A stretch of 63,988 nt of DNA, counting the filler, from Welwitschia mirabilis (Eukaryota): assembly GCA_051453625.1 (NCBI GenBank). It is 7 parts of one record of this genome, joined end to end, with 100 filler letters (N's around TTAATTAATTAA, not from the genome) between each part and the next. Parts side by side here need not be neighbours in the genome. Positions count along the whole stretch, not along the records: positions 62,815 to 63,988 come from JBOZIK010000001.1; 6 more parts are not named here. The stretch is one strand, 5' to 3'. A program made the translations under genes and the position numbers. How positions within the stretch are numbered: the first letter of the stretch is position 1; each line of letters starts with the position of its first letter. The notes beneath the pieces are model-generated. The model saw only the letters and a list, made by a program, of their open reading frames with translations, made no database searches and was not told the origin of the DNA. Shown here in pieces: positions 62,815-63,988 of the stretch.

Positions 62815-63988
62815 TATGGTAGCTTGTAAGTTCCTATTATAAAATAGCTTTTTATCTTATCATTCATTATTTGATAACATCAGCATAATCGACATCATCA
62901 TAATCATTGCCTGTTCAAGTGAAACTTTATGAATTTTTACATTATGTCATACATTCTTATTAAGTGATTTTATGATTGTTGCTAAGGAAATTTATTAGAA
63001 TAGCATTTAGGATAAGAAAGAAATCTTCTTCATGGTCCGAGTTGTCCATTTGTATTTTTGTTGTTCTTTAGTTATTTTATTGGATTTTCAAAGTCATTTT
63101 TCATACTTTTTCAACATCATATTATGGATCTAGTCATTTTTTAGTTTCTTGTTCTTCATTCATAATTTTTTCTAGATAATTATTGTTTTCTTTCTGATAG
63201 GTTTCCATGATTTGATAAGTTCTAGTTTTCCACATGTTTGGGCATATTTGTGCATTTTTGGGCATTGTTTCTTCTCATTTAGTGCATTTTCTTCTACTAT
63301 TACTTTTTCTTTTACCATCATGAGGTTTCTTTTTGAGATTTTTCTTCACTTTTTCCTTGTTTTCTATCTTCTTTCTATTGTTTTTCGAATTTCTGATTTT
63401 CTAGATTTTTCTGGTTTTACTTCCTCTCTAAATAGCTGATTTGATGACTATCGTCCCATGTTTGTCATCCCAATGATAGAGGGGATGATACTCCTCCTAT
63501 ATTCTTGGTGCAGTTGGAATGTCTTGCTTCTCCTGTTGGGAGGAGGAAGGGAGGGTAGGACACCTTTCTGGGTATTATTCTATACTTATCAGCATAAAAT
63601 TTTTAATTTCTAAGCTTTTACAATCTAACTTTATAATGGATTATTTGCTTACGTTTTTCATGTTATTTGAATAAATTTTTGGAGAATTCATGAACTTTAT
63701 ATTGCAGGATCAAGTAGCACAATCACAAGTTTTTCCATAACCATGTTTTTATATCATTTAAAATGTTCTATATCTACTTTTGTCCTTTGCCTTTTTGATG
63801 AAACTAATGAATTTGGAGACATCATTTTCTTGAAAATAGCACTACTTAAGCCTACCACAATAGTTCATTACCACTATTTTTATAATACACATACACAATT
63901 TCATATCATGAGCCATCAAAGTTACATTTTTTATGATTTTTGTATGTGTATAAAATTCATTTATTTTATAGTGACATGCTTAAGTATG
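62815..63988 (+). mobile_element. Probable gypsy internal non-coding region
   Basis: 63360-63490 resembles the reverse complement of 18580-18680 (tttgtcatccc(a/c)atgat...ggat); cctaccacaa at 63851 matches the motif at 17712-17721. Confidence 0.4.

Noticed and set aside
63000-63440. Endogenous caulimovirid coat-protein fragment (Lys-rich minus-strand frame with Cys residues)
   Set aside because: No valid CCHC knuckle, movement protein or RT, and the adjacent sequence matches gypsy internal non-coding DNA.

Overview
AT-rich, gap-ridden plant genomic DNA made almost entirely of old, nested, decayed LTR retrotransposons. I see no intact host gene, RNA gene or CRISPR array. Six artificial N44-TTAATTAATTAA-N44 spacers split the window into seven independently assembled pieces, and most other 100-N gaps have similar but non-identical sequence repeated on both sides. 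Recognisable content: (1) a near full-length Sirevirus-like Ty1/copia element (about 640-14098, +) with a tRNA-Met PBS, gag-pol, an env-like extra ORF and a PPT; (2) several Athila-like Ty3/gypsy elements and LTRs with TGTTGC...GCAACA termini, in both orientations and nested in each other; (3) a second copia fragment; (4) some unassigned segments. All coding relics carry many stops and frameshifts. The best candidate for something undescribed is the 3' extra (env-like) gene of one Athila-like family. In two diverged copies it has an ATGAG|GTATGT donor and an in-frame (T)AG|G acceptor, which gives a 5-nt coding first exon and a sense-strand intron. Other items worth checking are a non-coding block shared downstream of pol by different gypsy families, two tandem tRNA-Asn PBSs, a CpG-retaining island with an unassigned ORF, and a GC-rich insertion of about 400 bp inside one LTR. 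All alignments and translations were done by eye, so boundaries are approximate.
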